Program-made: the position numbers and the translations under genes
Notes under the pieces: generated by a model
What the model was told of the DNA's origin: nothing
The model's input: only the letters and a program-made list of their open reading frames with translations
Database searches by the model: none
Shown here: positions 25,130 through 39,393 of the stretch, one piece after another
Position numbering within the stretch: the first letter of the stretch is position 1
Layout: each line of letters begins with the position of its first letter
Assembly (NCBI RefSeq): GCF_001194135.2
Contig: NC_068989.1
Span: 18,743,786-18,807,785 of the forward strand
DNA from: Octopus bimaculoides
Taxonomy: Eukaryota
Direction: 5' to 3'
DNA length: 64,000 nucleotides

Positions 25130-26374
25130 TCTTATGGCTACATAAGGATCCTAATTTAATATCATCCTACTAATAATGAAATAACAGCAAAGCCTGGACA
25201 ATATGTACTAACATTGAAATATTCTGTAAAGTGTCTGATTGAGAAAATATGTAATAAGAATGCAAATGCAAGCTCTAAGAAGGACCATGAAACAGAAAAA
25301 GCTCAAACGGACAAAAGCATTAGAGTACCACCAAGAATGGTCACTGTTGATTTAGTGCTTGAGCAAGAATACTCATGACTTCATTATGTTAACAGAATAT
25401 GTTCTCAAAATGCATAACATCTGCACTGATGATACTCAGCACTGTCCAGACCCATTATCTAATATCAGCTAGGGTTGGAAGTAAACTGTGCACTACTTTC
25501 AAAAATAATCTCAACCTGTCTGACTATAATAACTTCCTTTACTCAGCTGTCTCCCATATTTTCTGTGTACATTGGCTAGCTAAACCCATGATGAATTGTT
25601 TTGGTCACAATACTTCACCTGCCTTTGCTACTCTGACTGGATATCCATTTGTTCTGTGTCCTTAACTTCACCTATAAGTTCTGCACCAACTTGTCATTGA
25701 TTTCATTTCTAGGGTGATTTCAGCAGCCTTTCTCATACTCTTTTTCCTTCCGGCCAACACTATTAGCTGGACAATAGGATTCATCAGTTCTCTTTATATT
25801 ATGTGGCAGCAGGCTTTTACTACTTAAAACTTCTCCAACAATATAACTGGACAACAGAGTGCTTGGATAAAGAAAGGTAAATTAATTATTCTATAAAAAA
25901 AAAACACATCACTTTTGATATGTGACAATTAGTTACACATTACAACCTCTGACTCTAGATGTGCTGCCTCCTTTCCCTGCCTTTTTGATAACTACACCAG
26001 TGGTCTCTGTTCCTTGGAGTTAGCTATTATTGTACGACTTTCTCCTTTCAGATACTCCCAACTCATTCATCTCACCTCCTATCAACACAGTACATCCAGT
26101 ACATTAGTCTTCTGGAATTCTCTCTTCACACATTTTGCTCTAACTGTCTACTTACATCTATTGAAGAAGTACATTAACTACATCAATCTTTACAGTCTCA
26201 GAAAGCTTGTAACGGTCAGAAGCAAAATCCTTCCTCCAGATCAATATAATAACAAGAAAAGAAAACCCATTGGTTGGGTGTGATATTTCATCCACTGTTT
26301 GGGTACCTGTTTCATGTATATACCTGAATAGTTTGAAAAGTTGTAAATAATCTAGAACATGAAAAAACTACACC

Positions 26375-26590
26375 TTGTTGGTGCTGTGGAGAACATTTGT
26401 TCTCAGCCACCAAGACAACTACTCCCAATTTTGGTTGCCACATAGCATCAAACTACCAGTGGAGCTCAAAACAATTGAGTGCTGTTACACCAAGAAGATT
26501 GTCTCTGTGCAACAGATAAGCCACTGGGAGAGTCTGAAAGAAGTGAGGCTCTACTCCATAGAGCAAAGGTGCAAAAGATATGCAGTGGTG
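26375..26590 (+). mobile_element. CR1/L2-like LINE C-terminal fragment
   Basis: LWRTFVLSHQDNYSQFWLPH...QISHWESLKEVRLYSIEQRCKRY. Confidence 0.7.
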
Positions 26591-26784
26591 TCATTGTACC
26601 CCAGAGCAACTTATGGATACATAAGAGGTGTAATGAACTTGAAGGAAGGTTAACAGAGAAAGTAGTATTTGTGTGTGGTATGTGTGCCAAGTACAATAAA
26701 CACTAAGAATATACACGAAATAGATTTCCTCAAATGTCCAAGAGAATCCTTGGAGGTAGTAGACCGTTTTTGTTACCTGGATGA

Positions 26785-27228
26785 CCAAATTAGCAGCAAT
26801 GGGGGTTGCTCTGAAAGTGTAGTTTCTAGAATAAGAACCAGCTGAGCAAAGTTCAGATATTTGTCCTCATCTTGTCTGTTGTTAACACAACGTTTCAGTT
26901 GATATACCCTCCAGCCTTCATCAGGTGTCTTGGGGAAATTTCGAACCCGTAAATAATGTACATAATTCCTCATCTCTTAAATATAGAACTGTTATTACCT
27001 TTGTTGGTAACAAAGTGCTTGTCTCTCAGAGTGAAAGGCAGACTGTTTGATGCCTGTGTACAGACAATTATGCTACATAGCAGCAAAATATGGGCTGTGA
27101 CTGCAGAAGACATACAAAGGCTTAAAAGAAATGAAGTCAGCATGCTCTGCTTGATGTGCAATGTCAGTGTACATGTAAAACAAAGCGTGAATGTTTTGAG
27201 AGAAAAATTGGCTATAAGAAGCATCAGT
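26785..27228 (+). mobile_element. RTE LINE fragment interrupted by a 128-bp Penelope-type insert
   Basis: ..RIRTS*AKFR | insert | ELLLPLLVTKCLSLRVKGRLFDACVQTIMLHSSKIWAV. Homologous to 37036-37546. Confidence 0.8.
26884..26929 (-). ncRNA. Minimal type I hammerhead ribozyme motif (Penelope-like element remnant, insert 26858-26985)
   Basis: The - strand reads GACAC-CUGAUGA-A-GGCUG(loop)CAACU-GAAACGUU-GUGUU. Stem I is GACAC/GUGUU, stem III is the palindromic ACGU, and stem II is partly decayed. Confidence 0.7.
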
Positions 27229-30200
27229 TGAGCACTGGAGTTGATGTAATCGACTTTCTTCCTCCACCAAAATTTCAGGCCTTGTGCCTATAGTGGAAAG
27301 GGTAGTTAGTATCTGGTTGAGAAAATGTCAATGAGAATGCAGAGACAACCTGTGAGAAGGAACCTGAAGATGAAAAAAACTCAAATTTTCAAAAATATCA
27401 GAATAGTATCAAAAATCTCAATTATCATAGAAACCTATAAATACCAACACAACCTTATTACTGAAGTGATTTAATGTTTTTTTTTTGTTTTTTTTTGTTT
27501 TGTTTTGGATTTGGGGATGGTTCACAATAAAATTGTAACAATTCAATTTATAAAGAGTATAAATTTTTGATATGGATATTTTTGAATAAAAATAAACTCC
27601 ATAAATCATCATCATCGTCATTATCATTTAACATCTGCTCTCTACGCTGGCATGGGTTAGACAGTTTGACTGGAGCTGATGAGCTGGAGAGCTGTACCAG
27701 GTTCCAGTCTGGTTTGGCATGGTTTCTACAGCTGGATGCCCTTTCTAATACCAACCACTCTGAGAGTGTAAGGGGTGCTTTGTGGTCACTAGACCTGCTA
27801 GAAATTGCAATGAAATGTCCATCAATCACACATCATACTTTCTTTTAAGAAAGAATACATTTGATATGCTAAATCTGAAAGAAAAGAGTAGATGACTGAA
27901 AAAACTTAGCTTCATAAGTCTGCAGTGTCAAACTAACCTAAGTCTAAGCAACAGTGACAGCAGTCATTTGTGTATGTAATTAGCTGTTTAGGATTATGGA
28001 GTTTTCCAAGGTCAGTTTAATGTAAGCCTACTACTATTCACCTCTAACAGTTCTGTATAACTCTGACAGTTGAAATAAAAACAACTCATTTTAAATGGGG
28101 CTAGTGTACTCTTCCCATACCTACTCTGCTGGTACAAGGGCTGAATCATTTGCCACCAGTTAGTCTCATCACCTTAATGTTGGATTAAGGCCAACTGATG
28201 CCCTAAGCAAAGCCCAACAGTGGTTTCCTCTTAGCTTTTTATTGCCTAACTGACAACACATTGATTTAAGATGTTAGTGCTAAATATGATTTAATAGATT
28301 AAAAATTGATTTTTCTTCCAGGCTTGATCACACAGCTGTATTGAATATAGCCGTTTGATTAACCATTAAATATCAGTAATCAATATAAACAAATTATTGG
28401 CACGTGAAAAGACATTCGAGCGAGGTGGTTGCCAGTGCCGCTGGACTGGCTCCTGTGCAGGTGGCATGTAAAATACACCATTTTGAGCGTGGCCGTTGCC
28501 AGTACCACCTGACTGGCCTTCGTGCCGGTGGCACGTAAAAGCACCCACTACACTCTCGGAGTGGTTGGCATTAGAAAGGGCATCCAGCTGTAGAAACTCT
28601 GCCAAATCAGATTGGAGCCTGGTGTAGCCATCTGGTTCACCAGTCCTCAGTCAAATCGTCCAACCCATGCTAGCATGGAAAGCGGACATTAAACGATGAT
28701 GATGATGAATTAGAGCAACAGCAAAAAATGTTAATTTTCGTCATCATCATTTTATTCTTGTTTTCTTTGCTGACAAGATTGCAAAGGTCTGCACAGTTGG
28801 AATCAGTGCGTATTCAGTGGGTACTGCTTGTCGAGACAGGTTTGAGGGTATCTTGTTTGGATCTCACTTTTGGCTTGGTTTCTACAACTGGATGTATTTC
28901 TAATGCTGTTTACATTTTCATGACACCAGTACCCTAGAAGCAACCATGTCCTCAACATGAGTAAACTAGCTATCAGTTATGATGACGAGGGTTCCAGTTG
29001 ATCTGATCACTGAAATAGCCTGCTCGTGAAATTAATGTGCAAGTAGCTGAGCTCTCCACAGACACATGTACCCCTAACGTAGTTCACAGAGAGATTCAGT
29101 GTGATACAGAATGTGACATGGTTGGCCCTTTGAATTACAGGCACTACTAATTTTTGCTAGCTGAGTGCACTGGAGCAAGGTGGAATAAAGTGTCTTGCTG
29201 AAGGACACAGCACACTGCCAGGAATTGAACTCAGAATTTTATGATCATGAGCCAATTAATCTAACTACTAAGCCACACACCTTCATCAATGTGAATAAAA
29301 GAACGTCACAAACCCCACATCTCTGCTTGCTTGTCAGCTTCTTTATCAAGTGTAAATCATGAATGATTGAGGCACTGAAATAAGTGACAAGTGGGATGTG
29401 TGTGATAGGAGTTCTCAGCATTCTGAAATTGGCCTTGACAAAGTATTGAAGGCCGATCTCAAAACACTGAGCCTTATGATGGTGATGACAAGGGACTGAG
29501 ATATCTGGCACACTGTTGTACTGAAGAAGACCTATGCACCACAACAGAATTGATACCGGTGCTGATGCCACTTAAAAAGCATCCAGTACACTCTGTGGAA
29601 TGGTTGGTATTAGAAAGGGCATCCTGCTGTAAAAACCATGCCAGAACAAACAATGGAGCTTGATGCGGCTCCTGGCCTTACCAGCTCCAGTCAAACCATC
29701 CGACCCATACCAGCATGGAAAACAGATGTTAAATGATGAGGTATGTATTGTCAAGGCAATGTGATTGAGATAGCAGGACAATGACAGAAATTTGTGTGAC
29801 CCAGAGTATGTAGGGGGAAAACAGCAAGAGTATAATGAAAGAGTGATTACAGGCTGTAGAGGAGAGAGGGCATACTGGATACAAGTGCTGCAACCAATTC
29901 ACAAGCTTCAAGGTGAGCCAGAGAGGTCAAGTGATAATGGTGGAGGCAGAGAGAATGAAAGTTAAACGAGATCCTGTATCAGTGAAGAGCGGGAAAGAGC
30001 ATCGGGTAAATAGAGAGATAGAGTATAGCGGTATCTTTAGTTACACTGGATGCGTAGCACAGTAATATTGAAAAAAAAGGGAAAGAGTGATTGAGAGATG
30101 AGTAACAGATATGGGTGGAAGAGTGCTGTGTATGACCAACAGAAGATGGAAGAATAAAGGTTTGGGTGGGGAAAGCAAGTGAAATAAAGGCATCAGTAAA

Positions 30201-32890
30201 AGAGACATGGGCGACAGTGATATGAGCTATAGACAAATGAGTAATCAGGATGTGTGGTGCGAGTAACATCAGATAAGTGTCAAGCCATAGATGGACAAGA
30301 AGCTATCAAAGAGACAAGTGACGCCGACTTGACCGCTGATACATATATATATATATAAAGGGCATTACTACAGAATAATGCCACACACTAGACTTCCCAA
30401 ATAAACACATTTTAGTACCGAATGCGAGGAAAACAACTTTTGAAAGAGACCAACATTTAAAAAAAAATAAACTCAACTATATATCGACCGATTTCACGAA
30501 TAAGTATATTCTTGGGAATAGAAATTTCCCTTACAAATTTTTTTGCACACTAGCTTCCTGATAAAATTCTTGTAAAAGATTTTATCCTTTTTTGATTTTA
30601 TATATATATATATATATATATAGGAGTNNNNNNNNNNNNNNTGGCTGTGTGGTAAGTAGCTTGCTTACCAACCACATGGTCCCGGGTTCAGTCCCACTGC
30701 GTGGCATCTTGGGCAAGTGTCTTCTACTATAGCCTCGGGCCGACCAATGCCTTGTGAGTGGATTTGGTAGACGGAAACTGAAAGAAGCCTGTCGTATATA
30801 TGTATACATATATATATATGTATGTGTGTATGTGTTTGTATGTCTGTGTTTGTCCCCTCAACATCGCTTGACAACCGATGCTGGTGTGTTTATGTCCCCG
30901 TAACTTAGCGGTTCGGCAAAAGAGACCGAAAGAATAAGTACTAGGCTTCCAAAGAATAAGTCCTGGGGTCGATTTGCTCGACTAAAGGCGGTGTTCCAGC
31001 ATGGCCACAGTCAAAAGACTGAAACAAGTAAAAGAGTAAAAGAGTAAAAGAATATATATATATATACACACATACATACATGCATACACACACACACACA
31101 CATACACATCTACTTTCAAGTTGGCATCACTGACCTCTTTAATGGCCTTACTTTGCAGTTACGTCACATCTTTATACAGCTGTCCCCCTCCATATGTTTT
31201 ACATAGCCATACCAATGAAGCTTTCTCTTCTGTTATTTAAAACTCTGTGGTGTGTATCTATCCTTCTGTTGATGCTCAAAACATAGACTTATACTGTTTA
31301 ATGGTTGATCTAAGCCTGCCTCATCTGCACCAGTATCATCATTTTATGCCTGCTTTCCATGTGGGCATGGATTGGATGTGTTGTCACAGTTTGAGTCCTT
31401 ATGTGGAATTATTGCCCTCCAAATATCCCTGAACAAACCAAACCAAAAACCCTTCACCTCTTTCTTACTGTCAGACATGGCCAGGCTATCGCCCTTACTG
31501 ATAGAAATGATAATAAGCAAGCATTTTGAATTTATCTCCCTCCACAGTAACCACCTGCACAGCTTTCATGAAGCCAAATTTATGGAAGAACAGGACCAGC
31601 ATGTTACTAGTGGTCCTGGTCTCTTGAGATCTTCAGAAAGAGAGAGCAATAGTTATTGCACTTAACTTCAGCAAAAACCTTTTCTCTATGGTAGAAGGTC
31701 CTACAGTCTTTCATCCCCTCAGTAGGAAATTCCCTGTCAGTATGTTGTGCTACCCTCCACCAAGGTCCAATCGATTCACTTCTCTATATATTATATTCCC
31801 CTCCTACCCAAGCTTCACTCTGACTATTTACCCTCTCCTTCATTCTCATAATCTCAACCTTCTGGTAATTTATCCCTATTCAGCATTAAGAAGGACATCT
31901 AGCCATAAAAACCATGCCAAAACAGGCCTCACCAGTGTTGACGCCATGTAAAAACCACCCAGTTCACTCTGTAAAGTGGTCGGTATTAGGAAAGGCATCC
32001 AGCCATAAAAAACCATGCAAAAACAGACAGTAAAACTTGATGCAATCCCTTGGCTTGTCATCTCCTAAACCGTCCAACCCATATCAGCATGGGAAAACGG
32101 ACATTAAACGATGATGAATATCAATCTCATCGATCTTATAATGCAGGTGAAGGTTATAGGCATGAATCCTTTCTCTAGACAAACCATTAAAACAAAAATA
32201 TTGTAGAACGGTTTACCTTTAGCACAAAACACAATTTTACTCTTTTAGTGACTGTATCAAACTAACAAATTCTAAAGTGGATGCTCGACATGCTAGAAAC
32301 AGCGACCAAATCACAATCCAAAGGAGAAGGTCACATTGGAGGATGTAGTCTAAACAAAGATATGATCACAACAGTTAAAAATGCCTCTGATCATAGATCT
32401 TACTCAAGCAGGGCTAGCCAACAGGGATAGTCCGTTTCTTAAATTTAATTATCCACTGTTTTAATCTGTTTCTTCCCTTTGGATTTTTAAATCGTTTCTT
32501 CCTCCAAAAGAATTGAAAGCTTTGTTTTAACAAAATTGAAATACAAACGATAAATTGTATTTCTCATTTCCGTCTATGCATCATGGAGTGGTTTCTACAA
32601 TGAAAATAAAAAGTTGTTTTGTTTTCCTTGTCAGACAATGGTTAATAGAGACTAGTATTTAAAAAAAAAATACTTAAAAACTCGTCTCATCACGCTCACA
32701 CAAAGCATAATATAAACACATCAAATCCTTAATAGACTTGCGCGCTACGAAGCCTGCACATACTTAAATTAATTTACATTTGATACATACATACATCTTA
32801 CATACACATCTACATCCACTTGCCTTTAAGACATGCGAAGGCTTGGCAAGTGATATAGGAAACAGGAAAACACATTCGCGCATAACACTG

Positions 32891-32897
32891 TATATAA
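32891..32897 (+). promoter_or_regulatory. Putative TATA box of the secreted Cys-repeat gene
   Basis: TATATAA 80 nt upstream of ATG 32971, in a region that retains CpGs. Confidence 0.4.
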
Positions 32898-32970
32898 CAC
32901 ACATCGCTTTACACTTCTATACACTCTGATCTTTATTTCTATTCTACCTTGAGTGGCGAATGCATCCATC

Positions 32971-33004
32971 ATGTTTATCCTGACAAGATTTATTCTACTT
33001 ATAG
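32971..33004 (+). CDS. Cys-repeat gene exon 1 (MFILTRFILLI), GC donor
   Basis: ATAG|gcaagt, phase 1; completes the signal peptide together with the next exon. Confidence 0.7.
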
Positions 33005-36000
33005 GCAAGTCACGCTATTTTATTTCAATTTTATACAATTACTCGACTAATGTAGACGAAAGAAAGGGGTCATTTTCTCCTCCTTACAATTTCTGCTGTT
33101 TTTTTGAAGGACTTTCGCCTTCTTTCTTTTTCAAGAAAGTTGTTCCCGAAAGTTATGGCGGACAGTTCCTCAAAAAATTCCTCATTCTTTGAAACCAAAG
33201 AATTTCATAGAACTTGACATGTAACCGAATAGGTCAGTTTTTTGTTTCTTTAACAGACCTGGAGAAATAACATCCTATATGTTGGTTTAGAACATGTTCT
33301 GCATATTTGTCATTTATTTACCTTTTTCGTTTTTTTCCTCTGTGATATGGAACCATTCTAGACTTCAGATATACATATGTATCTCTTATCTCGCGCAAGT
33401 ATACACACCATTCGCGTCTAAGTTGCATAAACATCATCCCTCACTCAATCAGCATCTTTCCCTCTCTGTCACATTCTTTCTCTCACTCACACATGCACGC
33501 GCACGCGGTAGTCCCTATATTATCGCTGGACCTACTGAAAAAGCTACCAAGTTCTACTGTCTTAGAAAAGGATATGTTGGGTATAATGTAGTCCAGGGTT
33601 CCTTGCACATAAGGAATAGATGAGATGGTCACGGTTGAAATATCTTTGATTATAGAACTGTTCGATCAGAGTTGATAACACATATATCTGCGGTAACTAA
33701 TGTTTTTTTTGCGTTGGCAAAAAGTACTAGAAATAATTTAAACAGCGGAATGAAATTTTATATCACTCAGCATAAAATTCATTCCACTTATCTTACTTAT
33801 TACTTATCAACGGGCATGCATGCACAATACATTTTAAAGCACGAACCTATGCGGTCGGCCGACCTGCTAGAAATAGCACACAAAATATTCCTCAGATCAT
33901 TCTATGCCGCCTTAAAACCTAGAAGGTCGTATCAAAATGATACCTTTCTACATACACCATATCTGAAAAAAGAAAAAAAGACGAGATATGCATGACTGGA
34001 ACAGTTTTCATTCGTATCTGTTAGACTCAGTAATAACCGATATTTTATTTATGTGGGGAAGCACGTGTCGGCCTGTGTGTGTATATGACTTACATTTGTA
34101 TGCAGATGCATTACGCATGTTACAGTTGTGTATGAAAGGGTTAAAACACTGCAAAATTCCTTCTGGTATTTAGTTACTTCTCGATTTTTTTTTTTTTGCC
34201 TTTTAATCCGCCCCTCCGATGTGAACAAGTTGTTCAGTAGATCCAATTGAACTATGTTGCTTTATAGCAAGAAGTAGACACAAATCAAGCGTTGTTAGAA
34301 AACAAACCTTCCCAGAAAAATACGATGCGAAAATAAGAAAATCGACCTTGACAAGATTTGAACTTTTAGCACAAAAGCTATTTGTCCAGAGCTCTACCAA
34401 TTCTGCCATTCAGAAAGTTTTTTTTTTTTTTATATCTACTCGAGCTACACTCCTAATCTTAACGCCTGCTATATCAGTCTCGGTAAATTCCTCATTCTTT
34501 GTGTATGAATATATGGGGCTAATGCAGTTTCGCACCCCTCCTTGAAAAATGGGGGGGAGGGGTTAATTTTTTTCGGATTCCTACGTTTTAGATGTCGATC
34601 CTGGATCTACTGAAACTGATACGACAGACATTTGTGGTTTCAAATATAGGCGCAGGCGTGGCTCTGTGGTAAGAGGTTTGCTTCCCAACCATATGGTTCC
34701 CCGTTTGATAACGGAGCAATCACCATGTATGTTTGGTGCAATCTTCTGACTTGCCAAACCATCCAACCTATGCTAGCATGGAAAAACGGACGTTAAATGA
34801 TGACAATGATGTTTTTGTGTTTGTCCACCACCACTACGTGACAACTGTTCTTGGTTTGTTTACATCCCTGTATCTTAGTGGTTCAGTAAAGCAGGGTTGT
34901 GGAGTCGAAACAAAAACTTCGACTCTGACTCCTGTACTATTGGTACCTCTGATTCCAACTCTGACTGACTCCACTTTATGTAATTAAGTGATTGTGGTCT
35001 ACATATTGCATAAAGCATATGCATACACTTGTACTTTGAGTAGGCCTATATGTTATAACTGGTTTATATTAAAGAGTAAAGACATTGTGAGTCGGAATCA
35101 GAGTCAGTATAGTTTTACCGACTCTGACTCCAGCTGCCCCTTAAGCCTTGCAGTAAAGGAGACCGATAGAATAAGCAAGTATCAGGCTTAAAATATCAGT
35201 ACTGGGATTGATTTCTACAACTAAACCTTTCAAGGCAGTGCTCTATGATAGCCACAGTCAAGAATTCTAAAAATTGGAGGGCAGTTTTTTAAAACAATTC
35301 CTGTTGAAATGAATAATTACCTATAACTTCAGTTTGGATCCAACCGTAATGACTCCCATATTCTGAGTAGCTCATTTTTGGTGTATATATATATCTATAA
35401 TATAGTATATGAGTTTTTTTAGGTGCAAGTAAGCCTTGATCAAAATCACTCTAGCCATGATCATCCCATCCTTTATTTAGGCATAGTGTAATCTGTAACT
35501 TCATTATCCAATGTGTCCTCCCTTTTGAGGGTAATAGCATGTTTTAAAGGAGATTTGTCTGCTATTTTTAGCAGGTTGAGTGACCATGTGTAAGATCTCT
35601 TGCTGGCCCACATCATTTGTGCAGTGGAGTAATTTACCCTTTAGCATTCAGATGTAATGCTAAATGTCAAATGTAATGCTTATCTAGTCACATTCTTTTG
35701 AATTAATCATGCATTATCTCATAGCTTCAGGATTTCAGTAATGTGATTAATTATTTTTAGAATGACATTGTAGGGAAGGTGTGAGAGGCTGGATTTAGTT
35801 AGTTTAAAACTGTACTAATTGTTAGTACCTATTGCCTTCAACTTTTATAAATGACTCGCTGTTTAAGGGTGATCCAATCAATACTACAGATTCCAACACT
35901 CAAGCCAAGTGAGACCATAACCCATGGCCTATGCCAGTGGTGTAACCAGCCCTCTTATGCGTACCTTTCCTTCATTGGACACTAAACTCTGCTTGCAAAG

Positions 36001-38775
36001 ACCTGTTGAGACAAGTGAAATCGAAATCAAATTCGATGACAGCACCGCATGACTGGCATCCGTGCTAATGGAGCACTAAGAGCACCATCCGAGTGTGATC
36101 GTTGCCCAGGCCACTGATTGGGTCCCGTGCCAGTGGCACATAAAGCACACCATTCGAGCGTGATTGTTACCAGCGTTGCCTTACTGGCACTTGTGCCAGT
36201 GACACATGGAAAACACCATTTGTGCGTGGCCATTGCCAGTACCGCCTGACTGGCACTCATGCTTGTGGCACGTAAAAGCACCCACTACATTCTCGGAGTG
36301 GTTGGCGTTAGGAAGGGCATCCAGCTGTAGAAACTCTGCCAAATTAGATTGGAGCCTGGTGTAGCCATCTGGTTCACCAGTCCTCAGTCAAATTGTCCAA
36401 CCCATGCTAGCATGGAAAGCAGATGTTAAACGATGATGATGATGATGATGTTAGTGTTGAGAATATCAAGTGAGAATATTTAATTTGTGCTGTCAACCAC
36501 ACCAGAATATATGGACTTTTTGACATGTCTTGACATGTTGTGTAAACAAAAGGGTCATATCTGTGCTCAGACTTTGCTGTAGATTAGGGGATTATTGCCT
36601 TGCCATAGGAAATTTACCTCAACAAATTTCGTCTGACCCATGTAAGCATGAGAAATTGGATGTTATATTGATGATGGTGATGATGATGTAGTTTAGTTGC
36701 TTAGGTAACAATGCTGAATTTTAGTGAGTTTGTGTAATGTAGCTTTTAAGCTTTGTGCTTTTAGGTTTAGAATATGTCGCTAGGTGTTTGTCTGTGTTTG
36801 CTGTTGATTGAGGCTGTGTGTGAATGATTTAACAACACCTTGGAGGAGTTTACAAAACAGTTTAAAACTGATCTTGCTTCTCATATTGATTTCAAATTAT
36901 TGCACAAGGCCAGCAATTTCTTAGGAGGGGATAAGCTGATTACATTAACTCTAATGTTCAACTGATACTTATTCTATCAGCCCTGGAAGGATGAAAGGCA
37001 AAGTTGATCTCAGAGGATTTTGAACTCAGCTTCCGTTACCTAGGCGACCAATTCAGTAGCAGGAGTGGATGCTCTGATAGTGTAGCTGCTAAAATAAGAA
37101 TAGCCTGGGCAAAATTCAGAGAGCTCCTACCTCTGCTGGTTACAAACGGCCTCTTGCTCTGAGTAAAAGATAGACTGTGTAACGCATGTGTGTGAACAGC
37201 CATGGTACATGACAGTGAAACATGGGCTGTGACTGCTGAGGATATGTGTAAGCTTACAAGGAGCAAAGCGAGTATGCATACACGACAGAGTGTAAGTGCC
37301 CTGCAAGAAAAGTTGGATTTAAGAAGCATCAGATGTGGTGTGCAAGAGAAACAACTGTTGCGAATAAATGAGGACAACTGTGTGAAAAAGTGTCACACCC
37401 TAGCAGTTGAGGGAACCTGTGGAAGAGGTAGACCCAGGAAAACCTGGGATGAGGTGGTGAAGCACGACCTTCGAACATTGGGCCTTACTGAGGCAATGAC
37501 TAGTGACTGGGACCTTTGGAGATATGCTGTGCTTGATAAGACCTGACATGCCAGTGGGTGTAACCAGCCCATTTATGAATACCCCTCATTCATTGGACAA
37601 TAAACCTTGCTTGCAAAGACCTATTGAGGCAACTGAAAACAAATCAAAATCGCTGACGTGGCCGATGACAGTACCACCTGATTGGCACTCATGCCAGTGG
37701 AACGTTAAAAGCACATCCAAGCATGATCGTTGCCAGGACCACGGATTGGCTCCCATGCCAGTGACATGTGAAAAGCACCATTCGAGCGTGATCATTGCTA
37801 GCGTCGCTTTACTGGCACATGAAAAACAACATTTGAGGGTGGTTGTTGCCAATGGCGACAGACTGGCTCCCATGCAGGTAGCACGTAAAAACACCTTTTG
37901 AGTGTAGTCGTTACCAGTACCGCCTGACTGGCTCTCGTGCCGGTGGCACATAAAAACACCCACTACACTCCCAGAGTGGTTGGCATTAAGAAGGGCATCC
38001 AGCTGTAGAAACTTTGCCAGATCAGATTGAGCCTGGTGCAGTGCTCAGTCAAACCGTCCAACGCATGCCAGCATGGAAAGCAGACATAAAACAATGACGA
38101 TGATGAATGTAAAGACAGACAAAATGCTGATGGTTCTGCCAGCTTACTGCCATAATCTTGCTTCTTGTATTGGCATCATGCAAGACCTTGTTTGGCTACG
38201 TCTTTATCATGGCCATTTCTTATTTGAGTTTTGTTTTCCAAATATATAAAATGCTTTGGCCATCTATTTGTCACTTGTGGTTATGAAGCTGCAGCAGAAA
38301 ATGACCGTTTGCAAATGAGCCAAGGAGTTCCATAGCGCAAAAAAAGAGGTTGAATCTAATCTCACTGTAATCAAAGATGAGCATCTGTGTGAAACAGACA
38401 TTTCCAGCATTATCCATGCATTTGCTCATATTAAATCTGAAAGATGTAACTTTAACCTGCAGTTTCCTAAGCAATTAAAGCATTTCTTTAAATATTTCTA
38501 TGTGCATTTGCATGTGTATGTGTGCTTAATCTATAACATATGTTACAAACTTGGGAGTGAAGGCATGTGTCATAGTGATTAGGGTATTCAGCTCACAATC
38601 ATAAGGTCATAAGTTCAATTCCTAGTGGCATGTTGTGTCCTTGAACAAGGCACTTTATTTCATATTGCTCCACTCAAGTCCACTCAACTGACAAAAATGA
38701 GTGGTACTTGAATTTCAAAGAGCCATTCTGTGTTATGCTGAATCACCCTGAGAACTATGTTAAAGTCATAACTCC

Positions 38776-38825
<50 letters not shown>

Positions 38826-39344
38826 CATCATCATCATTGTTTAACGTCCGCTTTCCATGCTAGCATGGGTTGGACGATTTGACTGAGGACTGGTGAAACC
38901 GGATGGCAACACCAGGCTCCAGTCTAATTTGGCAGAGTTTCTACAGCTGGATGCCCTTCCTAACGCCAACCACTCAGAGAGTGTAGTGNNNNNNNNNNNN
39001 NNNNNNNNNNNNNNNNNNNNNNNNNNNNNNNNNNNNNNNNNNNNNNNNNNNNNNNNNNNNNNNNNNNNNNNNNNNNNNNNNNNNNNNNNNNNNNNNNNNN
39101 NNNNNNNNNNNNNNNNNNNNNNNNNNNNNNNNNNNNNNNNNNNNNNNNNNNNNNNNNNNNNNNNNNNNNNNNNNNNNNNNNNNNNNNNNNNNNNNNNNNN
39201 NNNNNNNNNNNNNNNNNNNNNNNNNNNNNNNNNNNNNNNNNNNNNNNNNNNNNNNNNNNNNNNNNNNNNNNNNNNNNNNNNNNNNNNNNNNNNNNNNNNN
39301 NNNNNNNNNNNNNNNNNNNNNAACTATGTTAAAGTCATAACTCC

Positions 39345-39393
<49 letters not shown>

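Noticed and set aside
34352-34409. tRNA-like sequence on the - strand (TGGCAGAATTGG ... GTTCAAATC)
   Set aside because: No cloverleaf; it resembles a decayed SINE family C head.
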